Below, piece by piece: positions 14,079 through 22,973 of a stretch of 32,000 nucleotides of DNA. The notes under the pieces were generated by a model. The model was not told the origin of the DNA and ran no database searches. It worked only from the letters and a program-made list of their open reading frames with translations. This DNA is from Gammaproteobacteria bacterium. GTDB taxonomy: Bacteria; Pseudomonadota; Gammaproteobacteria; JBIOEC01. Location: NCBI GenBank assembly GCA_965279305.1, contig OZ257143.1, positions 1,290,001 through 1,322,000 on the forward strand, read 5' to 3'. Position 1 is the stretch's first letter. The number at the start of each line of letters is the position of its first letter. A program made the position numbers and the translations under genes.

Positions 14079-14906
14079 ATGGATAAAGATAAACGAATGA
14101 CCATAACTGTCCAAGGTTCATTGATTACAATTTTGTCAGTTAACAGCGATGACTATATTTCTTTAACGGATATGGCGAAAAAATTTGGAGATGAGAGTCT
14201 TATTTATAGTTGGATGCGAAATCGTAACACATTGGAATTTATAGGTATTTGGGAACAGATCCACAATCCAGATTTTAAAGGTAACGAATTCGTTACCTTT
14301 AAAACAGCCGCAGGACTAAACAATTTTAACCTTACACCTAAAAAATGGATTGATGCAACAGGAGCAATTGGAGTGCAATCTCGTGCAGGTCGGCATGGTG
14401 GCGGTACTTATGCTCATAAAGACCTTGCCTTTGAATTTGGCTCTTGGCTTAGTCCTGAATTCAAACTGTATTTGATTAAAGAATTTCAGCGACTTAAAGA
14501 AGACGAAAATCGTCGTTTATCGCTAGGATGGAATCTCAACCGTACCTTATCTAAGCTTAATTATCGAATTCATACTGATGCTATCAAAACCTATATTATC
14601 CCTGAGATCGTGAGTTCAGTACGAGCCAATTTTGTATATGCCAATGAAGCCGATGTGCTAAATGTTGCATTATTTGGAGAAACAGCGAAAGAATGGCGAG
14701 AGGCGAATCCAGAGCTTGAAGGTAATATACGTGAATATGCTAGTGTTGAGCAATTATTGGTATTAGCAAATATTGAAGCAATAAATGCTGAGTTTATTCG
14801 TATGAAATTATCTCAATCAGAGCGGTTAAAAAAATTAAATGAAATAGCTATCAGCCAGCTAAAAATTCTAACTTCTTTCAATAGTAAAAAGTTGTTAACT
14901 ATTTAA
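14079..14906 (+). CDS. KilA-N domain-containing DNA-binding protein
   Basis: The N-terminus ITVQGSLITILSVNSDDYISLTDMAKKFGDESLIYSWMRNRNTLEFIGIWEQIHNPDF is typical of KilA-N family proteins. GAGGG lies 5 nt upstream of the ATG at 14079 (the track starts at GTG 14073). Confidence 0.75.
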   Translation: MDKDKRMTITVQGSLITILSVNSDDYISLTDMAKKFGDESLIYSWMRNRNTLEFIGIWEQIHNPDFKGNEFVTFKTAAGLNNFNLTPKKWIDATGAIGVQSRAGRHGGGTYAHKDLAFEFGSWLSPEFKLYLIKEFQRLKEDENRRLSLGWNLNRTLSKLNYRIHTDAIKTYIIPEIVSSVRANFVYANEADVLNVALFGETAKEWREANPELEGNIREYASVEQLLVLANIEAINAEFIRMKLSQSERLKKLNEIAISQLKILTSFNSKKLLTI

Positions 14907-14907
14907 T

Positions 14908-14930
14908 TTGTGCAAGAGGTGCTTGCACAA
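14908..14930 (+). promoter_or_regulatory. Perfect 9-bp-stem palindrome ttgtgcaag-aggtg-cttgcacaa between KilA-N and higA (operator or terminator candidate)
   Basis: Read directly. It starts 2 nt after the KilA-N stop and ~30 nt upstream of the higA-like start. A diverged copy lies at 7102-7125. Confidence 0.5.
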
Positions 14931-14961
14931 TTGCCATAATAATATGAGAGGATTATCACTA

Positions 14962-15264
14962 ATGAAATCATTGCGCGCCAACTCAAGAAAACCCACTCAT
15001 CCGGGTGCTCTTTTACGAGAAGATATATTGCCTAAATTAAATATGTCGCAAGCACAAGTAGCTAGGCGTTTAGGCGTATCACGCCGCAGGGTATCAGAAA
15101 TCATTCATGAGCACCGTCCCCTCACTGCCGACATGGCCATTCGCCTTGCCCATTTTTTAGGTGGCACTCCTAATAGCTAGATAAACATGCAACAAGAGCT
15201 CGATATCTGGACATTAGAGCAAGAAAATAAATCCGAATACAATCAAATCCAGCAAGTAGGATAA
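14962..15264 (+). pseudogene. higA: HigA-family (XRE HTH) antitoxin interrupted by an in-frame TAG at 15178-15180; no HigB partner
   Basis: HPGALLREDILPKLNMSQAQVARRLGVSRRRVSEIIHEHRPLTADMAIRLAHFLGGTP is the HigA/VapI signature. After the TAG the same frame continues INMQQELDIWTLEQ..., matching the usual HigA C-terminal (F)W(L)N(L/M)Q..YDLW segment. TAG differs from TGG (Trp) by one base. Confidence 0.7.
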
Positions 15265-15284
15265 AATCAGCTCACAGACTGACG

Positions 15285-15310
15285 AATGTCAAATATAAAG
15301 ACTTGACCCC
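15285..15310. repeat. Degenerate copy of the 29-bp junction motif (aatgtcaaatataaagacttgacccc)
   Basis: It aligns with 6270-6295 with three substitutions that break the palindrome. No tRNA fragment is adjacent. Confidence 0.75.
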
Positions 15311-15689
15311 TTTGTTTTTAAGCAGAGCAATCAGAGCTTTATTTAGTTCTGTTGCGTATCTGTCGTGCTGTTCTTTTCCAAAGGATATACTTAACTCAAA
15401 GAAAGGTGGGATGGGCACAGTAAAGTCTTTTCTATCAGGGCGTGGCATTGGCTATCTTATTTTATGAAACAATTTAGAGATGGGTAATCTTTTGATTTTA
15501 CCTCAAAGATTGCTTTCTGTCTTATTTTATTGGTGTCAGGGTAGGAATCGGCCTCTGCTGAGCAAACAGAAAGCATATTAGTCACCCGCAATACAAAAGA
15601 CTTCCAAAAATCCCTTTCTATCATCCATCTGCCTTATATGTTGGATTAATAGAGGCTCTTGTATACCCTAGCAATCCTCTAGTTTTCAT

Positions 15690-18600
15690 CTAAGGGCTAG
15701 TAGATGTAGTTGATCTTGCGCCCGCAGTAGGAGCCGGTGCACCACCTTTAAAAGCAGTAAGGGCGGCAGCTATCGCTTGTTGCTGTGATGGACTAGGATC
15801 GAGAGGTATTAATACACCTGCGGCTCCAGGGTGGTCAGCAACTACTCCCCCAAAATTTACTTTATCTCCAGGCTTTGCGACCTTAAACATATCGAGAGAT
15901 TCTATATGCCGCTCAGTAGAAAAATCTTCTTTTCCTAACATTTTAATCGCTAATGTATCAGCTTCGCTTGCAACTGCTGTACGAAAATTAAAAGTTCTGC
16001 CAGTCGCAACTTGCAATTGAAGTTCAATACGTTTGAGATTAGCTGCTAATATCGCTACTTCTGCTACATCATGGCCAGCTGCTGCTTCTAATTGAGTCAC
16101 CCGATGAGCAAGCTCTAACCCAGAGCCTGCAATCGTTTTGTACAAAGAGGGTAATGTTGGTTTATTATGCAATAGATTCAATAATCTTTGTTGAAACTCT
16201 AGAACATGCATACCTGTGTTATCTTTTAATACTAATTCAAATGAAGAATTTTCTTTATTAATAGAATAAAGATCAAGAAGATCCATTCCATTTCGCCCAT
16301 AAAACGTTTCTAAAACGATGTCCCAACCTAAAGGGCCCAAATTGTTAGTTTTTGCCAAGCTAACTTCTAGTAAAAATTCTCGAACATTTTTATCAAAATG
16401 ACAGAGATTCAAAGTATTTTGATTTCTCTCTTTGGTAGGTAATGCGGCATAGTGGGCTGCAATCGCGATACATAATTCTTTTCCAAGTGTTGCTAAATCA
16501 GGTCGATGCCCATCTTTACTCGTTGTATCTAAAAAAGTCTTAACCGCAGGGGTAGTTGTAAACACCAGGTCAAACCACGATTCTTGGCCTTTGGGTGCGC
16601 CTAGAACGGTTCTAAGTCCTTTGTAAAGCCCATTCATCACTTTAAATGGGTAACTTAATACAACAGTTAGACCTGCTTCAACTGTTTTCCCTATGCTATC
16701 AAAATCACTATAATTGGCCTGAGGCCAGTCTACCATTTGTCTAAAATCTTTAGGATAACCTGTTTTTGGATCTAAACCTGCGCCAATATGATTTGTTCGA
16801 TGATCATTTAAAAAATCAAACTTTACATCGTTAGCTCCGTCTAAATGCCAAACTGTTCCAGTTTGAGTACCAAAAGTGCTCACGATGGTAGGCCCTGCAC
16901 AGAAATTATGAACATTTAAATCGGCAATATTAATCTTAGCTTGTTGGGCACGATTACCAGACTGAAGTGCCGCTTCCATAAATTCAACACCCCCAGGTGC
17001 ATCAAAAACAACTGCACTCATATCCGGATAATAAGATGCTATTTGATCAGAACGATGAGCCCAATAAGTTCCAATAAAACCAAGAAAGCCACCTAATGAA
17101 TGTCCGGTACTCGATATGCGAAAACGACGTTCTTTATAAGAAACCAGAGCGGGATGAGAGAGTACTTCTAAGGAGGCTTTTACAAAAGTTCCTGACTGCA
17201 AACGAACAACGGAGTGAATATCATTCAACCATAAAGTAGTTCCTTTCGAACCTCTATGTGCAATCACCACTTGTTCTTTTTGTTCGTGAACCCAAATACT
17301 TCCTTTATATTCACTTACCGGATCGGATATAAATTCAATAAGCTGCCAATCTCTGTCTTCTAAAGGTTGTTGCGCAGCAGGCATAGGTACTTTATAAGTC
17401 TGTCCAGCAAGATGCAGATTATCTTCATAAACAGCTACGCTCATCAAAAAATACTCATAAGGAGTAGGAGGAGGAAGTAAGACTGCAGATACAATTTTAG
17501 TAGGTGCTGGAGCGGCTGCTGGAGTTTGGAGCATATATATTTCCTTATCTGTAGATTCATTTAATAAAATTGGAGAGTCATGGTTGGTACTCCCATCACT
17601 TGAAGCTCTTGAAAAAAAAGCTTCTGACGATACACTTCTGTAGACTAAGTCTAGTTGCCTATCTAGTATTTTTCCAGAAGAAAAAGGTAATGAATGATTC
17701 ACATTAGGTTCTAAATGATCTAAAAGCGATTCTGCTAATGGAGAATATCTCGCTTTTACTATTTTTTTTAATCTAGGAAGAACATTTCTAAAATTTTCAC
17801 TCTCTCCTAATTGTTGATAACAGGTCGCTAATAGGTAAGCAGCTAACAATTTAGCATACAGAATAAAACCGTGACGTTGAGGCACTAGCCGCGCCAAATT
17901 AGATTCTATTACATTTTGAGAATTTGCAAAAATAAAAGTTTGTCGATGAATCCCTTGAGTTTCTAGAGCTAGTTTTAAAAATTTAGCTGCTTTTTTCAAA
18001 TTACCTTGAACCAGTAAAAAATGGCCATATCTAAGATAAACTAAAGCATTAGGCTCATGTTCTAAAGCTTCCGCGTGTATTTTAGAAGCTTCAACTATCT
18101 TACCTTGATGCTGCAGGGAATAAGCTAAGTTGGATAAAGCATAACTTATTAATAAGTGAGGACCATTATTGAAGTATATTTTGTAGGCCTCTAATACACC
18201 ATGAAGTAAATATGTTGCTTGCTCAATATCTCCCAGACAACCTAAGGCATTGGCTAGGTTGTGCGTCGTTCTTGCTATCTCAATAAAAATTAATCTATTA
18301 TTTGCATCAGTTTTAGCTAAATTAAATATTGCCAATGCATGCACTGACAAAGAAAGTTTTTTTTGATGCTCGCCTATTCCTATTTCACCATAAGCGTTTC
18401 CTAATTTTCTTATAATGATTCCTATATTAAGATGAAACTTAGTTTCAAGGTATGTTTCACTTAAATTTAATACTCTTTCTAACAGCCTAACCTCTCTAGG
18501 AGTATCTCCTAACCAATGAGAGGTGCTTGCAGCAAGCTCTAATAATTTTATATGTATATTGAAAAAAGGCCTTGGAACAGCATTTGGGAATCGAGAAATT

Positions 18601-20087
18601 AAATTTCCTTCACATGCTCTCATATGAGGCAATAATTCCTTACGATAATTTATCTCTTCTTTTGAAGGCCCCATGTCATTTTTACAGGCATCCTCAAATG
18701 CAGATAATATTTTTTCGAGCGCCATTAGATAATTATTTTCTGAAAAGGAGCTCGTTAGAGTATCATCCCGGATAAACGAATAAAATAAACCATGGCTAAA
18801 ATCAAAGCTTGTATTATCTTCAGAAAGAGTAATAATAGATTTTTTCCTAAGTTCTTCTATTATATCTGCTGTGTCGTCATCATTAACCATTAAAAACCTG
18901 ATTAGAGAAACAGGCATAGAGTATCTATTAAAAAAACCAAGATAATAAAAAAATAAATCAAGCGTCGGGGAATTTATTTTTTCTTTCAACATATCTTTTG
19001 TTAATTGCCAGGTAACAACCAAATTTTCATGGTAGCTTGAAGGGTGTTTTAATGTCCTAGCTAGAACTTTAGTTCTTCCCTCTAGAAAATTTCCAAGATA
19101 TATATCTACACTTTTTTTGATTCTGATATCATTTGCAATAATTATTCCTGAATAAGTAATGCCGAGAGGCAGTCTGTCTAAATAAACTAATAAAGTTGAG
19201 ATGGCTCTATCTTGAGCTGTAGCCTGTTTAGGAGTAAGTTTTGCATACTTTATTAGCGTTTCTCTAGCTTCTTCACGGGACATGGATTGTATAGGAATAG
19301 TCCCTGGGAAATCAGGGCTAGTTGTTGTTTGTAAAATAACTCCGCCTGTGGATGGAATATATTTTCTAATAGCGTCAAAATCTTCAACATCGTCTAATAC
19401 CAAAATCCATCCTGGTGTACTTTCTAAAAAATTCTTAACTGCTAATGAATTTTTTTCTTTTAAATCTTCTCCAGGAAAAAGAACAGAAGGGGGATGTGCA
19501 ATACCAAATTTTAATGCCAAATCACTCATTTCATATAAAAATGTTTTGTCATTTGCATTTAGCCATATATGATAACGGTATCGTTCAGCTGTTTGATGAT
19601 AATACTGTGAGGCCAACCATGTTTTTCCTTCACCAGATGCACCAGATAGAGTAACTAATTGTATTGGCTCTTTTCTTTGTTCGGAAATTTTATTATCAAT
19701 GACAAGAATAGAGTTCTCTTTTCGATTTCGAGCGGATGGATCATCCACAGATAAAGAACGCTGGGTAAAAAGTTCGGGAATATAAGAATGGGCCTTTCCA
19801 AAAAAAGCTCCATTCAACATTTTTTGTTTTTCAAAAAAAACTTCTAAAATTTTAGTAAGTTGATTTTGTTGGGCTTCATTAAGATCACCTACTATTTCTA
19901 TTGCAGCGCTTCCTTCAGCACCTGCAATCGCACTTAAATCATGAATTTTAACCCCAGGAGGAAATTGATCTTGTAAAGCTTTTAAATCGACTAGCAAGTC
20001 CTCAGGTTTCCCAGCAATGGCTACAGCCAAAGTGTTACTGGCAGAGGCAACTACAGAGCGGAGTCGGATTTCAGTGGTTTCAGGCAC
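15690..20087 (-). CDS. NB-ARC-type STAND NTPase + TPR array + class-3 lipase domain protein (1465 aa)
   Basis: Walker A is LSGASGEGKTW (aa 147-157; 19620-19643) and Walker B is WILVLDDVED (aa 227-236). GGVILQTTTS (RNBS-B-like) and DRLPLGI (GLPLA-like) are also present. TPR-like helices span aa ~545-770 (e.g. NLANALGCLGDIEQATYLLHGVLEAY). Lipase_3 motifs are VVIAHRGSKG and STGHSLGG (Ser997; 17088-17105). The N- and C-terminal ~75-aa modules are homologous. Confidence 0.85.
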   Translation of the reverse strand: MPETTEIRLRSVVASASNTLAVAIAGKPEDLLVDLKALQDQFPPGVKIHDLSAIAGAEGSAAIEIVGDLNEAQQNQLTKILEVFFEKQKMLNGAFFGKAHSYIPELFTQRSLSVDDPSARNRKENSILVIDNKISEQRKEPIQLVTLSGASGEGKTWLASQYYHQTAERYRYHIWLNANDKTFLYEMSDLALKFGIAHPPSVLFPGEDLKEKNSLAVKNFLESTPGWILVLDDVEDFDAIRKYIPSTGGVILQTTTSPDFPGTIPIQSMSREEARETLIKYAKLTPKQATAQDRAISTLLVYLDRLPLGITYSGIIIANDIRIKKSVDIYLGNFLEGRTKVLARTLKHPSSYHENLVVTWQLTKDMLKEKINSPTLDLFFYYLGFFNRYSMPVSLIRFLMVNDDDTADIIEELRKKSIITLSEDNTSFDFSHGLFYSFIRDDTLTSSFSENNYLMALEKILSAFEDACKNDMGPSKEEINYRKELLPHMRACEGNLISRFPNAVPRPFFNIHIKLLELAASTSHWLGDTPREVRLLERVLNLSETYLETKFHLNIGIIIRKLGNAYGEIGIGEHQKKLSLSVHALAIFNLAKTDANNRLIFIEIARTTHNLANALGCLGDIEQATYLLHGVLEAYKIYFNNGPHLLISYALSNLAYSLQHQGKIVEASKIHAEALEHEPNALVYLRYGHFLLVQGNLKKAAKFLKLALETQGIHRQTFIFANSQNVIESNLARLVPQRHGFILYAKLLAAYLLATCYQQLGESENFRNVLPRLKKIVKARYSPLAESLLDHLEPNVNHSLPFSSGKILDRQLDLVYRSVSSEAFFSRASSDGSTNHDSPILLNESTDKEIYMLQTPAAAPAPTKIVSAVLLPPPTPYEYFLMSVAVYEDNLHLAGQTYKVPMPAAQQPLEDRDWQLIEFISDPVSEYKGSIWVHEQKEQVVIAHRGSKGTTLWLNDIHSVVRLQSGTFVKASLEVLSHPALVSYKERRFRISSTGHSLGGFLGFIGTYWAHRSDQIASYYPDMSAVVFDAPGGVEFMEAALQSGNRAQQAKINIADLNVHNFCAGPTIVSTFGTQTGTVWHLDGANDVKFDFLNDHRTNHIGAGLDPKTGYPKDFRQMVDWPQANYSDFDSIGKTVEAGLTVVLSYPFKVMNGLYKGLRTVLGAPKGQESWFDLVFTTTPAVKTFLDTTSKDGHRPDLATLGKELCIAIAAHYAALPTKERNQNTLNLCHFDKNVREFLLEVSLAKTNNLGPLGWDIVLETFYGRNGMDLLDLYSINKENSSFELVLKDNTGMHVLEFQQRLLNLLHNKPTLPSLYKTIAGSGLELAHRVTQLEAAAGHDVAEVAILAANLKRIELQLQVATGRTFNFRTAVASEADTLAIKMLGKEDFSTERHIESLDMFKVAKPGDKVNFGGVVADHPGAAGVLIPLDPSPSQQQAIAAALTAFKGGAPAPTAGARSTTSTSP

Positions 20088-20234
20088 AGCTCAGCCTTAA
20101 TAAAAAATTTTATTTTTGTGATTTTATTAGACGACCTATTTGTCGGTAGTATAGCCTATATATGCGCTTTTTGCGTGCACACCGCACATTGAGGATACCT
20201 CACTTTTTATTTGGAGGTGCTAATGGAGTGGCCT

Positions 20235-20291
20235 GTAAAAAAGAGTATGCCCCGGGCAGGAATCGAACCTGCGACCTTCCCCTTAGGAGGG
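20235..20291 (-). repeat. tRNA-Arg(CCU) 3'-end fragment (20249-20291) with a conserved trailer; att-type boundary next to the integrase
   Basis: Identical to 11379-11421. Beyond the anticodon loop the sequence (gacaagatatacag...) cannot form the anticodon stem or D-arm, so the tRNA is truncated here. Confidence 0.8.
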
Positions 20292-20462
20292 ACAAGATAT
20301 ACAGTCCATTACAGTCCAAGGAACTCCAGAATATTTAAAAATTACCGAGAAAAACCGCTGTTTTTTCGCTTGAACACTTCCCTGAAATCTTGTAAACTCC
20401 AGTAATATCCAGTGACTTTGGTAGTACCCATGGTAGTCCCTGGGAGAATGAGGATGAAAGAG

Positions 20463-21770
20463 ATGGTAAAGTTAACTGCTAAAACAGTAGAAAATGCACA
20501 AGCTAAAAATAAAGAATATAAGCTAAACGATGGGAATGGATTGTACTTGAGAGTGAGGACAACGGGTTCAAAAAGTTGGATTTTTTGTTTCCATCCACCC
20601 GGAGAACGTAAGCTTATTACTATGACCATAGGCTCGCTTAAAGATTTGTCTTTAAAAGAAGCAAGAAGTAAATTACCGGAATTACGCAAATTAGTTGTCG
20701 AAGGGACTGATCCAAGACGTGCACGCGCGGCTGCTAAAGCAGAAAACTTGCGAGCCATAACCATGCAAATGTTATTTGATGATTGGGTTAAATTTTTGGT
20801 AGTCGCTAAAAAAGCGACTCCTGATTGGATTAAACGCCAGGAAAATCGCTGGAGACTACACTTAAAAAAACCTTTAGGGAATTTCTTTGTGAAAGATGTG
20901 ACGAGGGCACATTTAGCATCTGCGCTTGATATTATGATCCGTAAAGGCATTAAAGAAGAAACACGCAAAGCTTTAACCATCCTCAATCTTATGTTGGATC
21001 ATGCTTTAACTCGACACTCAATTGAGCAAAATCCTGCCCGTATGTTAAAGCCTAAAGATTTTGCTGTCACTGCAAGTCGCCCATGCAACAGGGCTTTATC
21101 TTTATCTGAGTTACGGGAGTTGTGGCTCGCTTTGGATCAAACTGCGGGATCTCCAGGTACTACCAAGATGAGTGAGATTACGAGAACCGTGATCAAAATA
21201 CTCATTTTAACAGGCGCTCGCAGGGGTGAGGTGGTAGGCATGCAGTGGTCGGAGCTCGACTTGTCTGAAGCCATTTGGAATTTACCCCCCTCTCGCGTTA
21301 AAAATCGACAAGCCCACACTATTTACCTATCTAGGCTTGCTCTAACGCTTTTAGAAGCATTAAAACCTGTGACGGGGGGCTCACCGTTTGTATTTAATAC
21401 TGAGCATAAAACGGAATCAGGGCATATCCATAAAGATGTCGTAACGGGAGCTATTAGGCGTTTGCAAGTTCGCGCTAAAGCTAATCCTAACAAAAGCTTT
21501 TTGCAGAATATTAACTCCTTCACTATACATGATTTGCGTCGGTCAGCTGCAACAGCATGGGGAGAGCATTTAAAGGTTAGCCCTCACATCATTGAGCGCA
21601 TGTTAAATCATCAACCATTGGATAAGCTAATAGCCACCTACCAGCGGGCGGTATATGCTGAAGAACAAAAGGCCGCATGGATGGCATGGGGAGAGCTTGT
21701 AGAACGTCGGGTAGCTAATAAAATTGATAATGTAGTCCCTTTAAAAAAAGTAAAAGAAGCTATGTCATAA
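20463..21770 (+). CDS. int: P4-type tyrosine integrase
   Basis: The N-terminal DUF4102-type arm domain is LTAKTVENAQAKNKEYKLNDGNGLYLRVRTTGSKSWIFCF. The catalytic region has TGARRGEV (Arg), HDLRRSAAT (H-x-x-R) and LNH...Y near the C-terminus. The ORF opens at 20412 (GTG); the ATG at 20463 has GAGGA 8 nt upstream. Confidence 0.9.
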   Translation: MVKLTAKTVENAQAKNKEYKLNDGNGLYLRVRTTGSKSWIFCFHPPGERKLITMTIGSLKDLSLKEARSKLPELRKLVVEGTDPRRARAAAKAENLRAITMQMLFDDWVKFLVVAKKATPDWIKRQENRWRLHLKKPLGNFFVKDVTRAHLASALDIMIRKGIKEETRKALTILNLMLDHALTRHSIEQNPARMLKPKDFAVTASRPCNRALSLSELRELWLALDQTAGSPGTTKMSEITRTVIKILILTGARRGEVVGMQWSELDLSEAIWNLPPSRVKNRQAHTIYLSRLALTLLEALKPVTGGSPFVFNTEHKTESGHIHKDVVTGAIRRLQVRAKANPNKSFLQNINSFTIHDLRRSAATAWGEHLKVSPHIIERMLNHQPLDKLIATYQRAVYAEEQKAAWMAWGELVERRVANKIDNVVPLKKVKEAMS

Positions 21771-21962
21771 CTCCGCAAGCTTAAAAAGCTGATAATATAA
21801 ACAGCCATAAAATTGCCATTTCGCCCCGCGAAATCCCTGTTTTGCCCTGCGAAACTGGGATCAGATCCCTCTTTTTTCATTTTCATATTGTGCAATTAAT
21901 CTTATCCGATTATAAATGGATGTTAATGAAGTATTAATTAATAAAAAAGGAGTACCACACAC

Positions 21963-22184
21963 ATGAATGAAGTTCCTCATACTGGCTACATGCGCATTAA
22001 GCAAATCATTGGCAGTCCCAAATCACGACCACCTATTATGCCTCTCATCCCTGTGGGCAAATCCACTTGGTGGCAAGGTGTTAAATCGGGACGCTTCCCA
22101 CAACCGATAAAAATTGGCAAAAAAATTACCGTATGGAGAGCCGAAGATATTTATCATTTTATTGAGAAGGAAGACCATGAATAA
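21963..22184 (+). CDS. alpA: AlpA-family (Phage_AlpA, MerR-like HTH) regulator/excisionase, copy 1
   Basis: MRIKQIIGSPKSRPPIMPLIPVGKSTWWQGVKSGRFPQPIKIGKKITVWRAEDIYHFI fits the AlpA pattern (stiw..vk.G.FP.P.k.g.r...W...ev..w). An AAAGGAG SD is present. Confidence 0.85.
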   Translation: MNEVPHTGYMRIKQIIGSPKSRPPIMPLIPVGKSTWWQGVKSGRFPQPIKIGKKITVWRAEDIYHFIEKEDHE

Positions 22185-22398
22185 TCTTGCCCCATTTATT
22201 CATACCCTCTTATTAGTAAAAACACTATATATAAAAACAGACCCAAAAACGCACTTTTGGGTCCCGAAATCCCAGTTTTGGGACCCAAAACTGGGATCAG
22301 ATCGCACTTTTTTCATTTTCATATTGTGCAATTAATCTTATCCGATTATAAATGGATGTTAATGAAGTATTAATTAATAAAAAAGGAGTACCACACAC

Positions 22399-22620
22399 AT
22401 GAATGAAGTTCCTCACACTGGCTACATGCGCATTAAGCAAATCATTGGCAGTCCCAAATCACGACCGCCTATTATGCCTCTGATTCCTGTAGGCAAATCC
22501 ACTTGGTGGCAAGGTGTTAAAACAGGGCGATTCCCACAGCCCATAAAAATTGGCAAAAGGATTACCGTATGGAAAGCCGAAGATATTTATCATTTTATTG
22601 AAAAGAAAGAGCATGAGTAG
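22399..22620 (+). CDS. alpA: AlpA-family regulator/excisionase, copy 2
   Basis: 73 aa, differing from copy 1 at S43T, K54R, R59K and the last five residues. Confidence 0.85.
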   Translation: MNEVPHTGYMRIKQIIGSPKSRPPIMPLIPVGKSTWWQGVKTGRFPQPIKIGKRITVWKAEDIYHFIEKKEHE

Positions 22621-22685
22621 AGGCTTTCCTTTCTTTGCCAATCAGCCATAATAATGAGATAGCATATCCCTAAAAGGAGGATCTT

Positions 22686-22871
22686 ATGTTTGAGAAAATC
22701 AAAGCATGGTGGGTAAAGGGACAGGAAACAAAGAAGCGTGACGCTTTTTCGGACTCTTCACCGACTAGGGATTTAAGTCATGAAATAGAGTCACCTATCC
22801 GTTCATATGGAGAGATCAATCCTTTGAACGATGTGGCCGGTATTTTGCATCCACATAGACATGATTGGTAG
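22686..22871 (+). CDS. Small hypothetical protein (61 aa)
   Basis: A strong SD (AAAGGAGGA) lies 6 nt upstream of the ATG. No recognisable domain. Confidence 0.5.
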   Translation: MFEKIKAWWVKGQETKKRDAFSDSSPTRDLSHEIESPIRSYGEINPLNDVAGILHPHRHDW

Positions 22872-22973
22872 ACAGGAGATTCTGCTTGTTAAATAAAAGA
22901 AAGTCTCTCTTAACGCAAACCAGAGCGTTTTAGGCATAGCCTTCCTAGTGTCCGACGCACTTATCGTCTTTGG

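Larger units (their letters stand above)
21852..22620 (+). repeat. Tandem duplication (period 436 bp) of the alpA gene with its upstream region
   Basis: 21852-~22170 is near-identical to 22288-~22606, covering promoter region, SD and ~70 codons. The copies diverge only at the last few codons and downstream. Confidence 0.9.

Noticed and set aside
18572-19654. Three plus-strand ORFs (18572-18775, 19282-19572, 19445-19654)
   Set aside because: All are antisense inside the 1465-aa NB-ARC/TPR/lipase CDS, with no independent support.
20211-20405. 64-aa ORF in the track containing the same PRAGIEPATFPLGG peptide
   Set aside because: It is a translation across the tRNA-Arg fragment at 20249-20291, so it is not a gene.
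20342-20986. 214-aa minus-strand ORF
   Set aside because: It is antisense to the well-supported integrase gene and has no motif or SD. It is most likely a shadow ORF.
21137-21895. Minus-strand ORFs 21137-21319, 21323-21523 and 21638-21895
   Set aside because: They are antisense to the integrase 3' half or span the repeat-rich intergenic region. No SD or domain.
22114-22641. ORFs 22114-22335 (+) and 22459-22641 (-)
   Set aside because: They overlap the two alpA copies out of frame or in antisense. Their products are low-complexity.
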